Source: Hormiphora californensis
Taxonomy: Eukaryota; Animalia; Ctenophora
Length of the DNA stretch: 64,000 nucleotides
Direction of reading: 5' to 3'
Assembly (NCBI GenBank): GCA_020137815.1
Contig: CM035359.1
Span: 8,029,267 to 8,093,266 of the forward strand
A program made the translations under genes and the position numbers. Shown in pieces: positions 1-12,082 of the stretch. Under the pieces are notes generated by a model that did no database searches, was not told the origin of the DNA, and saw nothing but the letters and a program-made list of their open reading frames with translations. The stretch's first letter is position 1; every line of letters begins with the position of its first letter.

Positions 1-1680
1 TGCAACCAAGCCAGGACACTGAAAATTGAGGACCGAATAGAATGCCACAGCGAGGCACCAGCATTCATATCGGTCAAAGACCACAAAGAAGGGTTCCAGA
101 ATGCTCCCAAATGCAGGCTAATAAACCCATCTTCAAACCAACTGGGAAAAGCCAGCAAGCTAATTCTGGAAGGCATAATCAAAGAAGTAAAGAGGAAATC
201 CGGAGTATCCCAATGGATCAGCACCCAACAACTGCTATCATGGTTTCAAAAAAGGCACGAAGGAAATCCGAAACCAGAAAAAGCATCATTACTCCAATTT
301 GATATTGCCGAGTTCTACCCATCAATCTCCGAAAATCTCATGGACAGAGCAATAGAGAGTGCAAAATCACTAACAGACATACCACCAGAACATGTTGAGG
401 TGATTAAGGCATGCAGGAAGAGCGTACTGTTCAGTGACAACAAAGTGTGGAGGAAAAAAGACAAAAATTTCGATATTACCATGGGTGCACTAGATGGAGC
501 TGAAGCATCTGACCTGGTAGGAATATACCTGCTACAGCAAATCCAGAACTACCTAGAATCAAACCACGAGGGTTGCCACAGCGGAATGTACAGAGACGAT
601 GGGTTGATATACATCAACAACAGCAACGGACCACTTTTAAACCGAATTGAAAAACACCTGCACCGGCTATTCAAGAACAACGGAATGAAAATAACGGTGG
701 AACAAGTGGGAAAAATTGTGAATATACTGGACGTCACTCTCAACGCAGAGACAGGAACCTTCAAACCATTCCGGAAACCCAATAGCAACACCACCTACGT
801 GAACAAATCCTCAAACCACCCACCTGTAATCCTGAAAAACATTCCAAGGACCATACAGGACCGCCTATGCAGTCTATCGCACTCGGAGAAAGAATTCGAA
901 GAATGCAAGGATGTCTACCAAGAGGCATTGGTAAAAGCAGGATACAAATCTGACATGAAGTTCACAAAAATTCAGCAAGGTGGAAAACACCGGAAGAGGA
1001 AAAGGGCGAGAAAAATCATTTGGTTCAACCCGCCATTCTCGAAAAATGTGGCTACGGATATCGGAAAACAGTTTTTCGACCTACTGAGACTGCACTTTCC
1101 TCCCCAACACCCATTTCACCGGCTCTTCAACAAAAAGACGGTAAAATTGTCCTACTCTACCATGATGAACATGGACAGCATCGTCAAGGCTACCAACAAG
1201 AAGCTCCTGAAGAAAGCAGAAGAGATGCATGAAGGGAAGGGAAAGGAATGCAACTGCAGGAAAGCCGAATCATGCCCCGTAAATAAAAAGTGCCTAACGA
1301 CAGGGGTAGTGTACGAGGCTACTGTGAAGCACGGGAACAAGGAGTCAAAATACGTCGGAATGGCCGAGGGGACGTTTAAATCCAGACTGAACACACACAA
1401 AACTACATTCAGACACGACAGATACAAAAACGAGACAGAACTGTCCAAACTAGTCTGGAGACTAAAGGACAGAGACATAAGACATGACATAACATGGCGA
1501 TTATTAGCCAAAGCTCGCACATATGAACCTGGTAATATAACCTGTAATCTGTGTCTGGCGGAAAAGTACCACATCCTCAGAGGGAAGGACCTGATAAACA
1601 GGAAGAGCGAACTGTTAAACAAGTGTCCGCACAAGAGGAAGTATCTAGCCGTTAAACTCATGAAACACCCAACTTTATGA
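1..1680 (+). CDS. Penelope-like retroelement ORF (RT + C-terminal GIY-YIG endonuclease), probably Hydra clade; 5' part lies outside the window
   Basis: Frame 1 is open from base 1 (CNQARTLKIEDRI...), extending the 340..1680 ORF. RT motifs QFDIAEFYPSI, ITMGA and YRDDGL; linker WFNPPFS...KLSYS; CNC..CP...CL; GIY-YIG VVYEA..YVGMAEGTFKSRL..H; terminal CNLC..EK..C.H. No stops or frameshifts seen. Confidence 0.95.
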   Translation, partial: CNQARTLKIEDRIECHSEAPAFISVKDHKEGFQNAPKCRLINPSSNQLGKASKLILEGIIKEVKRKSGVSQWISTQQLLSWFQKRHEGNPKPEKASLLQFDIAEFYPSISENLMDRAIESAKSLTDIPPEHVEVIKACRKSVLFSDNKVWRKKDKNFDITMGALDGAEASDLVGIYLLQQIQNYLESNHEGCHSGMYRDDGLIYINNSNGPLLNRIEKHLHRLFKNNGMKITVEQVGKIVNILDVTLNAETGTFKPFRKPNSNTTYVNKSSNHPPVILKNIPRTIQDRLCSLSHSEKEFEECKDVYQEALVKAGYKSDMKFTKIQQGGKHRKRKRARKIIWFNPPFSKNVATDIGKQFFDLLRLHFPPQHPFHRLFNKKTVKLSYSTMMNMDSIVKATNKKLLKKAEEMHEGKGKECNCRKAESCPVNKKCLTTGVVYEATVKHGNKESKYVGMAEGTFKSRLNTHKTTFRHDRYKNETELSKLVWRLKDRDIRHDITWRLLAKARTYEPGNITCNLCLAEKYHILRGKDLINRKSELLNKCPHKRKYLAVKLMKHPTL

Positions 1681-1711
1681 AGGAGCAGAGGACTGTTAAC
1701 GAGTAAACAAG

Positions 1712-1769
1712 TTTACAATTTTAAATCCTGACGATCGCTTTTGCGTGAAACATTTGTTGATTTTGTAAA
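1712..1769 (+). ncRNA. Minimal type I hammerhead ribozyme in the PLE pseudo-LTR
   Basis: atc-CTGACGA(1728)-tcgc tttt gcgt-GAAA-c attt g-TT-gat; stem I extends via tttacaa/ttgtaaa. Lies about 50 nt after the PLE stop codon, the expected position. Confidence 0.85.
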
Positions 1770-2526
1770 TCCTTGTTTTCACTTGTCATACTAGCAGATT
1801 ATAGATCCAAGTTTGGTCTCATTTTGTGTGCCAAACGATGGACCACATGTTAGACCCGTTTTCATGGCCATTAGACATCACACGCATTCATAGCGGCGTC
1901 TGTTTTGAGTGGCATTTCCTGCGCTAAAAACGGCATATTTTCGCGAGCCTAACCGGAAAAACGCGCGTTTTGACCCCATAGTGAGACGGTACTTTCATCG
2001 ATTTTCCTTTAGACTGCGTTGAGACGTACTTTTAAAACTCCGTCTGAAATACAGACGGAGTTCTAAAAGTCCGTCTCAACGTCTGGTACAATTTTCAGAC
2101 GTGCCGTCTCAATTTCGGACGGATACCGTCTAGACACCGTCCAGACGCCGTCCAGACGCCGGGACGGTACCGTCTAGAGACCGTCTGATACCGTCGCAAC
2201 ACCGTCTGATACCGTCTATAACCCGTCTAGAGACCGTCTGATACCGTCTATAACCCGTCTCAAGCACTTTCGGTACCGTTTTTAGCTTATTTCACCGAAA
2301 CCCGTCCAGACGGTATACCGTCTAGACGGCGTCTAGACGCCGTATGCCGCAAATGAGAAATTGCCCTTAGATTACTTCTAGGTAGTCATGTTTTTCAGAG
2401 ATTTCCCAAATCGGTCAGCCCATATCATATCCATGTGGTTATGGTCATGTTACTATGGATTTTAGATTCTAGTATTCAAGAGGACCGGAAGGAGATTATC
2501 ACCATTGAAGCTAGCTTTTTTTATAG

Positions 2527-2615
2527 GAGAAACGAAGAGAATTCAATACTTGAGAAAACGATGAAAATTCGCCAACACTCTAGCCAAACTGACACTCCTG
2601 ATTGTGCTTTCATTG
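2527..2615 (+). CDS. Exon of C-type lectin/Sushi protein gene (CTLD helix 2 to 'WIG' position)
   Basis: ttttatag acceptor; RNEENSILEKTMKIRQHSSQTDTPDCAFIG; G|gtatgt donor in phase 1 matches the next exon. Confidence 0.75.
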
Positions 2616-2751
2616 GTATGTTATCTCTTTTCAGGTTACCGGTACATCATTACCGAAATAACCGGGCCTTGTTACTTTCTGATCGCGTGAAGCGCAATGA
2701 TACACTTGCGCAGCAAGCCGAGGTTATGAGTAAGAACTATTTCCCCTATAG

Positions 2752-2882
2752 GATTCACTGACCGAGCAAGGGAAGGAAGTTGGCGCTGGATGAACGGAGA
2801 GAAAGTGACTTATACCAACTGGCATTCTGACTCACGGTACGGAGAGCTAGATCAGCCAAACAACGGATATAACCAAGGAGAG
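2752..2882 (+). CDS. Exon of C-type lectin/Sushi protein gene (CTLD core)
   Basis: ccctatag acceptor; GFTDRAREGSWRWMNGEKVTYTNWHSDSRYGELDQPNNGYNQGE, the classic CTLD EG.W.W.NG....Y.NW...QPN pattern; gtatgg donor in phase 0. Confidence 0.9.
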
Positions 2883-3127
2883 GTATGGTTCAGGGGTAAT
2901 TTGCGATTTGTGGGCGTTGCACTATAGACGCAGTACCCACGTACTATAACGCCCAATGCCATACTGGGCGTTGAAAAAAGCCTTTTCCTTCAAACAATTG
3001 TGCTAGCTTTGAATCTCAGAATCAAAATTCCAGTAATTAATGAACTATTTCAATGTGAATATCTGGTGCCTAATTATTCATTTTTTAATGAACTAACCTG
3101 ACGCCTGATCCACAAATGATACACCCA

Positions 3128-3260
3128 AAACAGCAAAGACAAGATGAATTCAACGTTTCGGATTTAATATCCTTTATCAAGAAATTGGAAATTGGTTTTC
3201 CAATTTCTTGATAAAGGATATTAAATCCGAAACGTTGAATTCATCTTGTCTTTGCTGTTT
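3128..3260. ncRNA. Inverted pair of minimal hammerhead motifs (U3-A8 core variant), PLE pLTR relic
   Basis: About 64-bp perfect inverted arms; each reads ttc-TTGATAA-a-ggat attaa atcc-GAAA-cg-TT-gaa (+ copy 3205..3239, - copy 3149..3183). Confidence 0.65.
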
Positions 3261-3457
3261 ACAACATACACTCTCAATATCAAGGATGAGACCTACTAAA
3301 CCTAATTTCAATCCCATCCGCCACATCCCAATCCACACTCACCGATAAACCGAATAAAACAAGCCGGAACTAAAACTAACAAAAAATGGACAAACTAGGG
3401 ACATTTTAAATTTTGGGTCATATATGACCCTATCGTCAAAAGAGGTACCAAATTTTA

Positions 3458-4066
3458 CAGGAACCGACCGATTCCAAATTTCAAAACGATTCCGATAACT
3501 ATCCGATTATCAAATTTTTAACCGATAACGATAAGATAACGAATTTTCAAAATTAACTATAATAAATCATCATAAGTAGTAATCTGTATCACTTAATTAT
3601 CATTTATATTCTGCACAACACTCGACAATGGTATCTGAAGTACAACTTGTGCAAGAGCATCTCGATACTCTCTGGCTTCAGCAGCCACCTCTTGGTGAAC
3701 GCAGTAGCTCTCGATTCTGGATTCAGACCTTTGCATCACGTGATAATCTATCATTGGTATTGGTATTGGTTTGATATACCATCATTTGATATGCTGGGCA
3801 GTTTGATCACGTGCTTATTAGTGGTCTGAAATTCAATCCGAGCTCTTTAGCACGGATCGTGTGTTCGGATAATCAAGCAATAGATTCTGTTCAAAGAAAC
3901 CGTCTCTACTGGCTAGTTACACATTGGTCACTGATTACATGTCCTAATTCAGTCGTCAAAAAAATCGGATTCGTTTTGTAAACTTTAACGAATACGATCC
4001 GATACCGATTCAGCAAAAATCAACGATTTTTAAACGATTACGATTCCGATGATCGGTCGGTTCCTG
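3458..4066. mobile_element. hAT-like non-autonomous TIR element
   Basis: 15-bp TIR CAGGAACCGACCGAT...ATCGGTCGGTTCCTG; flanks aaatttta/aaatttcc (degenerate 8-bp TSD); subterminal ccgat/acgat repeats. Confidence 0.6.
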
Positions 4067-4392
4067 AAATTTCCTGAAAACGGCTCCCACGATCAGGCCA
4101 ATTGTCCGTTCTGCATAAATATCATGTTTTATTAGTAGAGGGGTTGTAGCACCGGGAGGTAATGAGTAAACACACACACACACACACACACGCATTGAGC
4201 AAGCTCGATTTTTAGCTATTCTCCGGCTGGGTATAGGGCTGAGGTACTGGCAAGATATAGTAGGATCGCTACTGCCCACATGTCAAGTTTATTCGGATAT
4301 ACAAGTTTAAAAAGGTTGGGGGTCACAGGGACCGTCTAAGCTTCGCTCCCCGTTAACATTGCCTGTAACCGGGGGTCCACTTAGCTCTCATA

Positions 4393-5947
4393 CAAGGTGG
4401 CCCATAAATTATGATAGCGGGGGACGAGCCGTACCTCCGAAACGGTGATAGTTGTGCAAAAACAAACTACGGGAACATGCTGGAACAATTCCTGGACGAC
4501 TTTTTGCAAATTATGAAATTTTTATTCAAAAGTTCATTTTTCATTCATGAACTTTCTACACGTTCATTAATGAATTAAGGACTCTAATTTACCAAGAGTT
4601 AGGCATTTTGTTTGGGTTGAATTTATCTTTCCAATGAGCACCATGAAAATCAAATTGAAGCACCAGGTCACATGATAGTTGAGAAAATGCACATTCATGA
4701 TTTTGGCTCTTCCTGCGACTTTCAATCGGCTGTATCACGGCTACCTTTTGTTCAATCGTTTTAAAAATCTGGGAGAACATCGGATAAGCAAAGATCTTTC
4801 CTCACAAGAAAAATCAGGGTCAAAACTCAAAGTTCATTTTCAAGTGTTGGTAGTTCATTCCACTCATTCAGGAACCAACATCCCTAAAGTGATGAATAGT
4901 GATGGTTTTTGTTTGGCCCATACCCTGCAATGATAGAGAGGTGTAAAATTACGTTTCCGGGCTAGTTAGTGGGTGTCCATGTGATCATGATGATATCTGA
5001 CACCTTTTCTGAGCCATAATTATGGGATTTTCTCAAATTCAAGCATGTGATTTGAGTTTTTGTGATTGGTATCGTGCAGCAATGTTGAGAGATCTCATAG
5101 CACCTCACAAATGATGATTAGTTCAATGAAAGGAGTTGATTTATGATAGAAAAGATTAAAACAGACGTAAAAATGAACTAAACGATAATTTTAAATCATA
5201 AATCAACTCATTTCATTGAACTGATCATCATTTTTGAGGTGCTATGAGATCTCTCAACATTGCTGCACGATACCAATCACAAAACTCAAATCACATGCTT
5301 GAATTTGAGAAAATCCCTTAATTATGGCTCAGAAAAGGTGTCAGATATCATCATGATCACATGGACACCCACTAACTAGCCCGGAAACGTAATTTTACAC
5401 CTCTCTATCATTGCAGGGTATGGGCCAAACAAAAACCATCACTTTTCATCACTTAAGGGATGTTGGTTCCTGAATGAGTGGAATGAACTACCAACACTTG
5501 AAAATGAACTTTGAGTTTTGACCCTGATTTTTCTTGTGAGGAAAGATCTTTGCTTATCCGATGTTCTCCCAGATTTTTTAAAACGATTGAACAAAAGGTA
5601 GCCGTGATACAGCCGATTGAAAGTCGCAGGAAGAGCCAAAATCATGAATGTGCATTTTCTCAACTGCCATGTGACCTGGTGCTTCAATTTGATTTTCATG
5701 GTGCTCATTGGAAAGATAAATTCAACCCAAACAAAATGCCTAACTCTTGGTAAATTAGAGTCCTTAATTCATTAATGAACGTGTAGAAAGTTCATGAATG
5801 AAAAATGAACTTTTGAATAAAAATTTCATAATTTGCAAAAAGTCGTCCAGGAATTGTTCCAGCATGTTCCCGTAGTTTGTTTTTGCGCAACTATCACCGT
5901 TTCGGAGGTACGGCTCGTCCCCCGCTATCATAATTTATGGGCCACCT
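4393..5947. mobile_element. Foldback MITE, Tc1/mariner-like, about 770-bp near-identical inverted arms
   Basis: TA-CAAGGTGGCCCATAAATT...AATTTATGGGCCACCT; mirrored ORFs 4589/5511 and 4679/5439 confirm the palindrome; short AT-rich spacer near 5160-5190. Confidence 0.8.
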
Positions 5948-6674
5948 ACTCGGCCATTACTCCCAACCACTAGTAGTGGTTTTCAGTACCTCTTATACTG
6001 GTAAATCCGTATAGAAACAATCCTTGTGTTTTAATAGCGATCACTCCGTATATCTTGCACTGACCCAGTATTACCACACATTAATTGTGCAATTGGCACT
6101 ATGGGATTTCTCCACTGCGGCCGGCACTGTGAGTAATCAGCCACTATATAAGCTACATCTTGGTTGCTAACCAGTCAATACATTAGTAGAGGGGTTGTAG
6201 CACCGGGAGGTAATGAGTAAACACACACACACACGCATTGAGCAAGCTCATTTTAATGAAGCCCCTCCAGAAAGCTCCCTGTGACCCCCAACCTTTTTAA
6301 ACTTGTATATCCGAATAAACTTGACATGTGGGCAGTAGCGATCCTACTATATCTTGCCAGTACCTCAGCCCTATACCCTCAATGCGTGTGTGTGTGTGTT
6401 TACTCATCATGTTTTATCACTATCATGATGGCGAATATTCGCGTAAAACCGTTTCAAACTTCATGGGAGGTCATTTTTTGCAATTTGTCAGACATGACCC
6501 TATCGTCGTTAGAATTAATTTAATGGAACCCGGTCATCAATAAAAATTACAGGTCACGCAAAGACATTGGGACACCCTGTTTAGAGGAATTATAGACGCT
6601 TTATAGACACGCTCGATCTCAAATTTTAATGAAGCCCCTCCAGAAAGCGACCATTAGGGAATATTTTAAGAGAT

Positions 6675-6747
6675 GCCAGGGTGGTGTAGTGGCCATTACA
6701 CTCGCCTTCCACGCGCTAGGTCACAGGTTCGGGCCTGGACTAGCGCA
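6675..6747 (+). pseudogene. tRNA-Gly(TCC)-derived sequence, probable SINE head
   Basis: A box TGGTGTAGTGG, anticodon arm ctcgc cttccac gcgct, B-box-like GGTTCGGGCC; stems imperfect; followed by non-tRNA body. Confidence 0.55.
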
Positions 6748-7014
6748 ATGCTACCTAGACCGCCAAGCTATGATTGGTAGAGGCTCTTTCGAGAGTTTCG
6801 CAAAGACGGTGCATATCTAACCAATAAGGTTGCCTGCTTGGGGTGGCGCTTGAGCTATGCTGCAGAGAAATCTGTACCAAAAATGGACCGTTACTGAACG
6901 CCATTCGTAATAGGAGATCAGCACCACGGCATCGTTCCGACTTACCTTACCAAATTTCAAATATCCGCAATTTAGGTCTATAATACACTCTTAAACGCAA
7001 CATCTAATCACTAG

Positions 7015-7159
7015 GAGGACTATTGTGCTTCATGCAAGACGAATACTGGCTCCTTTAAGTGGTACGATGTTGGCCCACCGAGAGCTACCAATCCGGGATT
7101 GTCTGGTCAGTCCAAGAACCAGGGTTGGGCATATTGCACCATACCAAGGCTATCTATAG
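7015..7159 (+). CDS. Exon of C-type lectin/Sushi protein gene (CTLD C-terminus)
   Basis: ctag acceptor in phase 0; EDYCASCKTNTGSFKWYDVGPPRATNPGLSGQSKNQGWAYCTIPRLSI (EDC, WND-like WYD, final Cys); G|gtaaga donor. Confidence 0.8.
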
Positions 7160-7245
7160 GTAAGAGGGAAACTGTTATAGCAGTAGAACTAGAACCAGAC
7201 TGAAAAATCATTATGGGAAAACTTCACACATCCCTTAATTTGTAG

Positions 7246-7366
7246 GTGGTGACAGTTCTGATAGAAGGCAGTGTCTGGAGCCAAATATATCCAATGGTTA
7301 CAGCTATCCTATCGGACCTATCCAATCTGGAACTAGTGTGAGCATCTTCTGTTACCCCGGGTTCAG
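7246..7366 (+). CDS. Exon of C-type lectin/Sushi protein gene (Sushi/CCP N-half)
   Basis: ttgtag acceptor in phase 1; GGDSSDRRQCLEPNISNGYSYPIGPIQSGTSVSIFCYPGF (C..P.I.NG...G..V...C.PGF); perfect AG|gtaagt donor. Confidence 0.85.
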
Positions 7367-7620
7367 GTAAGTACGGTCGTTCTTTTGGACTTTTGGAGCA
7401 TTTGCATATTCTCATTTCTTTCGAGAACCGCTTGGCAGCGAAGCTGCCAACTACGTCGGAGACTTCGCTGCGCTCCCCTGCACGTAGGGCTGGCCCTAGA
7501 AACCGGCGATAATATCCAATCGAATTGAAAGTTCGAGAGATCGAATCGAATCGAATCGAATCGAGTAATTTTTGAGCTCAAAGATTGAATCGAGATCGAA
7601 TCGATAAATTTGGGGGGGGG

Positions 7621-7890
7621 GGGGGCTTTTTTTGGCTTTTTTTGATCTGGCTTTTTTTGATCTGGCTTTTTTTGGCTTTTTTTGATCTGGCTTTTTTTGG
7701 ATCTGGCTTTTTTTGGCCTTTTTTGGCTTTTTTGATCTGGCTTTTTTTGATTTGGCAGTTTTGATCTGGCTTTTTTTGGCTTTTTTTGATCTGGCTTTTT
7801 TTGATCTGGCTTTTTTTGGCTTTTTTTGATCTGGCTTTTTTTGGCTTTTTTTGATCTGGCTTTTTTTGGCTTTTTTTGATCTGGCTTTTT
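7621..7890. repeat. GATCTGGCTTTTTTT/GGCTTTTTTT minisatellite inside a TIR-like element (about 7497-8210)
   Basis: Visible tandem units; inverted AAAAAAGCC units at 8039-8072; ATCGA subterminal repeats; element start repeated at 8216. Confidence 0.75.
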
Positions 7891-8907
7891 TTAAATCAAA
7901 CTTTTTTCGGTAAAAAAATATTTCCCTATCGATATAAAATGATAAAACTAGATCAAAGAAGCCATTTTAAAGTGTTTTTAGTGTCATACAGACCATATAA
8001 TGTCAGAATTACATGCCAAAATGAACAAAAAAGTAGGGCCAAAAAAAGCCAAAAAAAGCCAAAAAAAGCCAAACCCGCCCTAAAATCCGGGATTGATCTG
8101 GCTTTTTTTTTGGCCTTGGCCCCCCCCCCCCCCCATTTTGATCGGCCACCCAAAGACCGAATCGAGATCGAAAAGAAAATGTCAAACATATTCAGTTCCT
8201 AGCCAGTAGAAACCGGCGATATTATAGGATCGAATCGAAAGATCGAATCGAATCGAGATCAAATCGAAAGTTTTGATCACTCAACGATCGAATCGAGATC
8301 GAATCGATATTTTTGGGGGGGGGGGGCGGCTGAAGTTTTTGAAGTTTGAAGTTTTCCACCCTACTTTTTGAGTCACTGCGCTGGCAAGCGCAAAGGTGAC
8401 CACCACCTCCCCCCAGCCGTGCGTGCCAGAAAGCAGTAATAAGCTTTTTCAGTTTTTAGCCAAAAATGACGCCCATAGCGAAGCCCCCACTGCACCAATC
8501 GGTCTGAAATTTGGTATACAGTGTCATGTAGACTAGATCTATTGGAGTTCAAAAGGGCAAATCTCTATCTCTTTTAGTTTCAGAGTTATGACATGGTGAA
8601 AAAAGCAATAAATGTCCCTGGTCTATATATCCATGTACATACATACATACATACATACATATTGTTCTACCTTGCTAATTGGAGAGAACTGGGATCTATG
8701 ATAACTTTGATTGGTGATAACTTTGATAACTTTGATTCTTTGATTTTTTTGACTGCTAACACATGCTTTGATTTGTTGTTTAGGAACTCTTAAAATATAT
8801 AAAAACGTCGGACAAATTGGAATAAATAAATCTCGCTCTGCCAGCGCGCGCGGCCTCGTACAACTACAAAAGTTAGAAGCCGCGCGTGCTGACCCTAACA
8901 CATATAT

Positions 8908-9112
8908 ATATTATACCAAAACTAATTAAAATTAGTGGCCGGAAAGGTTACCCTACTATTTGAGCTACCTTTGCCACCTTAACATTCAGAGGGTACAGAC
9001 AGGTTACAGAAGCTTCGCCTATCTTCACAAGGGAATGTAATGGTACCAAAGGTAGCTCAAATAGTAGGGCAACCTTTCCGGCCACTAATTTTAATTAGTT
9101 TTGGTATAATAT
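8908..9112. repeat. Short foldback (about 70-bp arms) at the end of a GACGTCA-rich dispersed repeat
   Basis: atattataccaaaactaattaaaattagtggccggaaagg...cctttccggccactaattttaattagttttggtataatat; body 9112-9520 related to 10190-10460, 12095-12230, 28810-29125 and 34740-35170. Confidence 0.7.
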
Positions 9113-10475
9113 GCATCATTTTTGGGATTTTTTTATCCCTCAAGATGTAGTAGAATAGGTACAGAGAGGTTAAAATCGCAAAATTGCGAATTTTTCATTT
9201 TTGACGTCATTCTGACGTCATAACGCGACGTCACGACGTTATGACGTCATAATGATGACGTAATATCATCGGGAGTACCTAGATGAAGATACTGACCAAG
9301 TTTGAGATTGATTGGATGAGATTTGAGTCCGCTATGGCGAAAAACCCCATATCGTCATATCTAATTTTAAACAGTCATAACACTTTAGACGCGTTTTAAG
9401 ACCCTTATACATCTAGTTTTGAAAAATTTGCAATCCAGTTTCTGAAAGTTCAGACAATTCTCTTTCCATGATATTCTCTTCGTTTTTCGATTAGAATCCG
9501 TCTTCAGGGTGTAAAATGAGCTCAAAGAAGTTTGGTCAGTGTGTAAATAAATGACGACTTTAAGACGTTCTGTAGGACGTTCCTGGGGATGATTGAAAAC
9601 CTCACCCCGCTAATAACACAATAATCGGGATTAGATTTACAAGCTAGTGAAAACGAGAAGTCTCTATCTCTTTCCGTTTGTTCAGAACCGTGCTCAGAAA
9701 AAGCGTCTCTCCTACGCGCGCACGCGTCCGTTACACTGAATCTATAGCAAATGGGACCGGTCTGTAACTTCGGACCCAAATGAGATAGAGACTTGAAATT
9801 TTAAACTTAAGTAAAAGACCCCAAGCCGGGTATACATTCCAAATTTCAAGTCAATCGGATGAAAGGGGGAGACGCTATAGCCTTCTGAATTCCGGTTTTT
9901 CAGCCAAACACCCATAAAACGTATAACTGCGTTTCTGGCAGCGCTTTTGGGGGGGGGGGGGAATAGCAACCTTTGCGCTTGCCAGCGCAGTGATAGACGC
10001 TTTTTTACACAATTTGCAGACAATTTTCTGGAAAAACTACAAGAGATAGACACTTCTCGTTTGAATCATTCAAAGGATAATCGTTTGAATTGTGGTATTG
10101 GACGGTTTTCATGTTCTAGGTCCAACCAAAAACCTTAAAAACTGTCATAAAGTTAAGTCATTTTTCAAATCGACGAAATTTCTTTGAGCTCAATTTACAC
10201 CCTGAAGACGGCTTCTGATTGGAAAACGGAGACCACACTTAAGAAATATAATCGTCTAAACTTTCAGAAACTATATTGCAAATTTGTGAAACTCTATTTC
10301 CAAGGGTCTTAAATCGCGTCTGAAGTTTTAAGACTGTATGAAAATAGATATGACAATAATGCGTTTTTCGCCATAGCGACCTCAAATCTTGTCCAATCGA
10401 TCTAAAACTTGGTCAGCATCTTTATCTAGATGAGCCTGATAATAATTGTTGACTATCATGACGTTATAACGTCGT

Positions 10476-12082
10476 TGTTGTTGTTTGTGCCTCCCACTTC
10501 CAATCCCACGGCTGCTTCATGGTCCAGCGTGACCAGATCATCAACCCGAAGGTGAGATCAAGATTCATAGATATGTATCCCAGATCGGTCAGCTTTCGTT
10601 TCCTGAGGTCACAACACACACAAGGTGTCGTTTCCCCAGGAGGCGGAGCTTCCTTCTCCATGACCTCTGGATCATAAAGCATGTTGCTGTGGTTTTGCAC
10701 CCGTACTTTATTGTACAGGTCTTGGGTTTCACTCATAACGGGGGTTCCCTTTATAAGAGATGTAGCTTTGGACAGGATGAAAGCGGCCTTTGGACAGAGG
10801 TTACTTTCATATTTGCGTACTTACCCTCTGGTTTAACGAACCAGTACATCCCGTTTGGGTTAACGGGCAGGGGTTTTGGCCCCTGTGGGTATTACGTCCC
10901 CTCCGATCTTGTTTTGTTTGTTGAGCCCCTTTCCTCCCCATCTTAGCGGAATCGGTTGCTTCTCTTTATTAGTTTTGCGAGTTTGTTTAGGTTAAAGTGT
11001 CTCGTTTCAGATTTGTATGATTTTTCTCTTATTGTTTACTCACAATAAGAGGCGTCCGAGTTTATGTTTTGCCTCATCGAGGTCCGGGCAAAACATGAGG
11101 ACATGTTCTGAGTTCTCTTTTACCTTACACGGTGTGCAATTTGGGTCGATTTTGTTGTCTTTGATTTGTTGGGCTGATGCCAGCTTGTTTGTCCTGATAT
11201 GGCTTGTGTTAGTTGTCTTAGGCTTTTTGTCTTTATCATGTTGTACTGTTTGTATAGTTTTGGTAGTACTGCTGTAGTGAAAACGTTATACTTTTTCGTT
11301 TGTATTTCTTTGAAGATAGTTTTATTTAAGTGTATCGAGATGATAGGTTACTAGTCATTTAATAGTTTAAATTTGATATGTCTGGTCGTCACTCCATTCG
11401 AGAGAGGTATGCGTAGTAACTCCCCGAATGACGTGGGCTACGAAAGAAGTACCATGATGGTTTTTCTCCTACTCAGTCTGGAATTTTGCTGAGTAGTAGT
11501 CCCAGATATCCCTTTATCCTGACCCAAGGCTGGGCAGCCAAGTCTGGGCGGTCAGGAGGGTGGTATGCCACCAGCTTGGAATTCCCTTTATCCTGACCCA
11601 AGGCTGGGAGGTCAGGAGGGTGGTATGCCACCAGCTTGGATATCCCTTTATCCTGACCCAAGGCTGGGAGGTCAGGAGGGTGATGTGCCATCTTCTGTTT
11701 CTCCCACCCTTTGCCTGATGGGCTTTAATGGCAAAGGACGGGTTTTGGCCGGTATTTAGCCAGTCTACTTTGGCCCAGTGCACAAGGCTGGGGAGATGGT
11801 GTAATACCGGCCGGGGGTATCTCTAGTCAGAGAGAGATGAGTCATGAGCGGATTAGAGAAAGGAAAAGAGAAAAACACACCATCCAAGGAGGGCAGCTCT
11901 GTTTCCTTGGAGTGGTATGTGAGATGCTCCAGGCAGTTCAAGAGCTTCATGGTTTACCCCGGGGTATGCCGGGTCACCCCTGAAGATTCCCTGTCTGGTC
12001 TGTAGGACACTATTGCTATCTAAAATAATAGACATTAGCCGCGGCCTGCATCTCAAGGGCGTGGGAAGGAATCTCACCATCC
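10476..12082 (-). mobile_element. Non-autonomous non-LTR retroelement (I/Loa/R1-like derivative)
   Basis: 12-bp TSD TTATAACGTCGT (10464-10475 and 12083-12094); (CAA)n 3' tail on - strand; frameshifted C-terminal relic LRQLTQAISG../..DPNCTPCKVKENSEHVLMFCP (CCHC knuckle, about 11085-11225); three ~60-bp tandem units 11505-11690. Confidence 0.75.
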
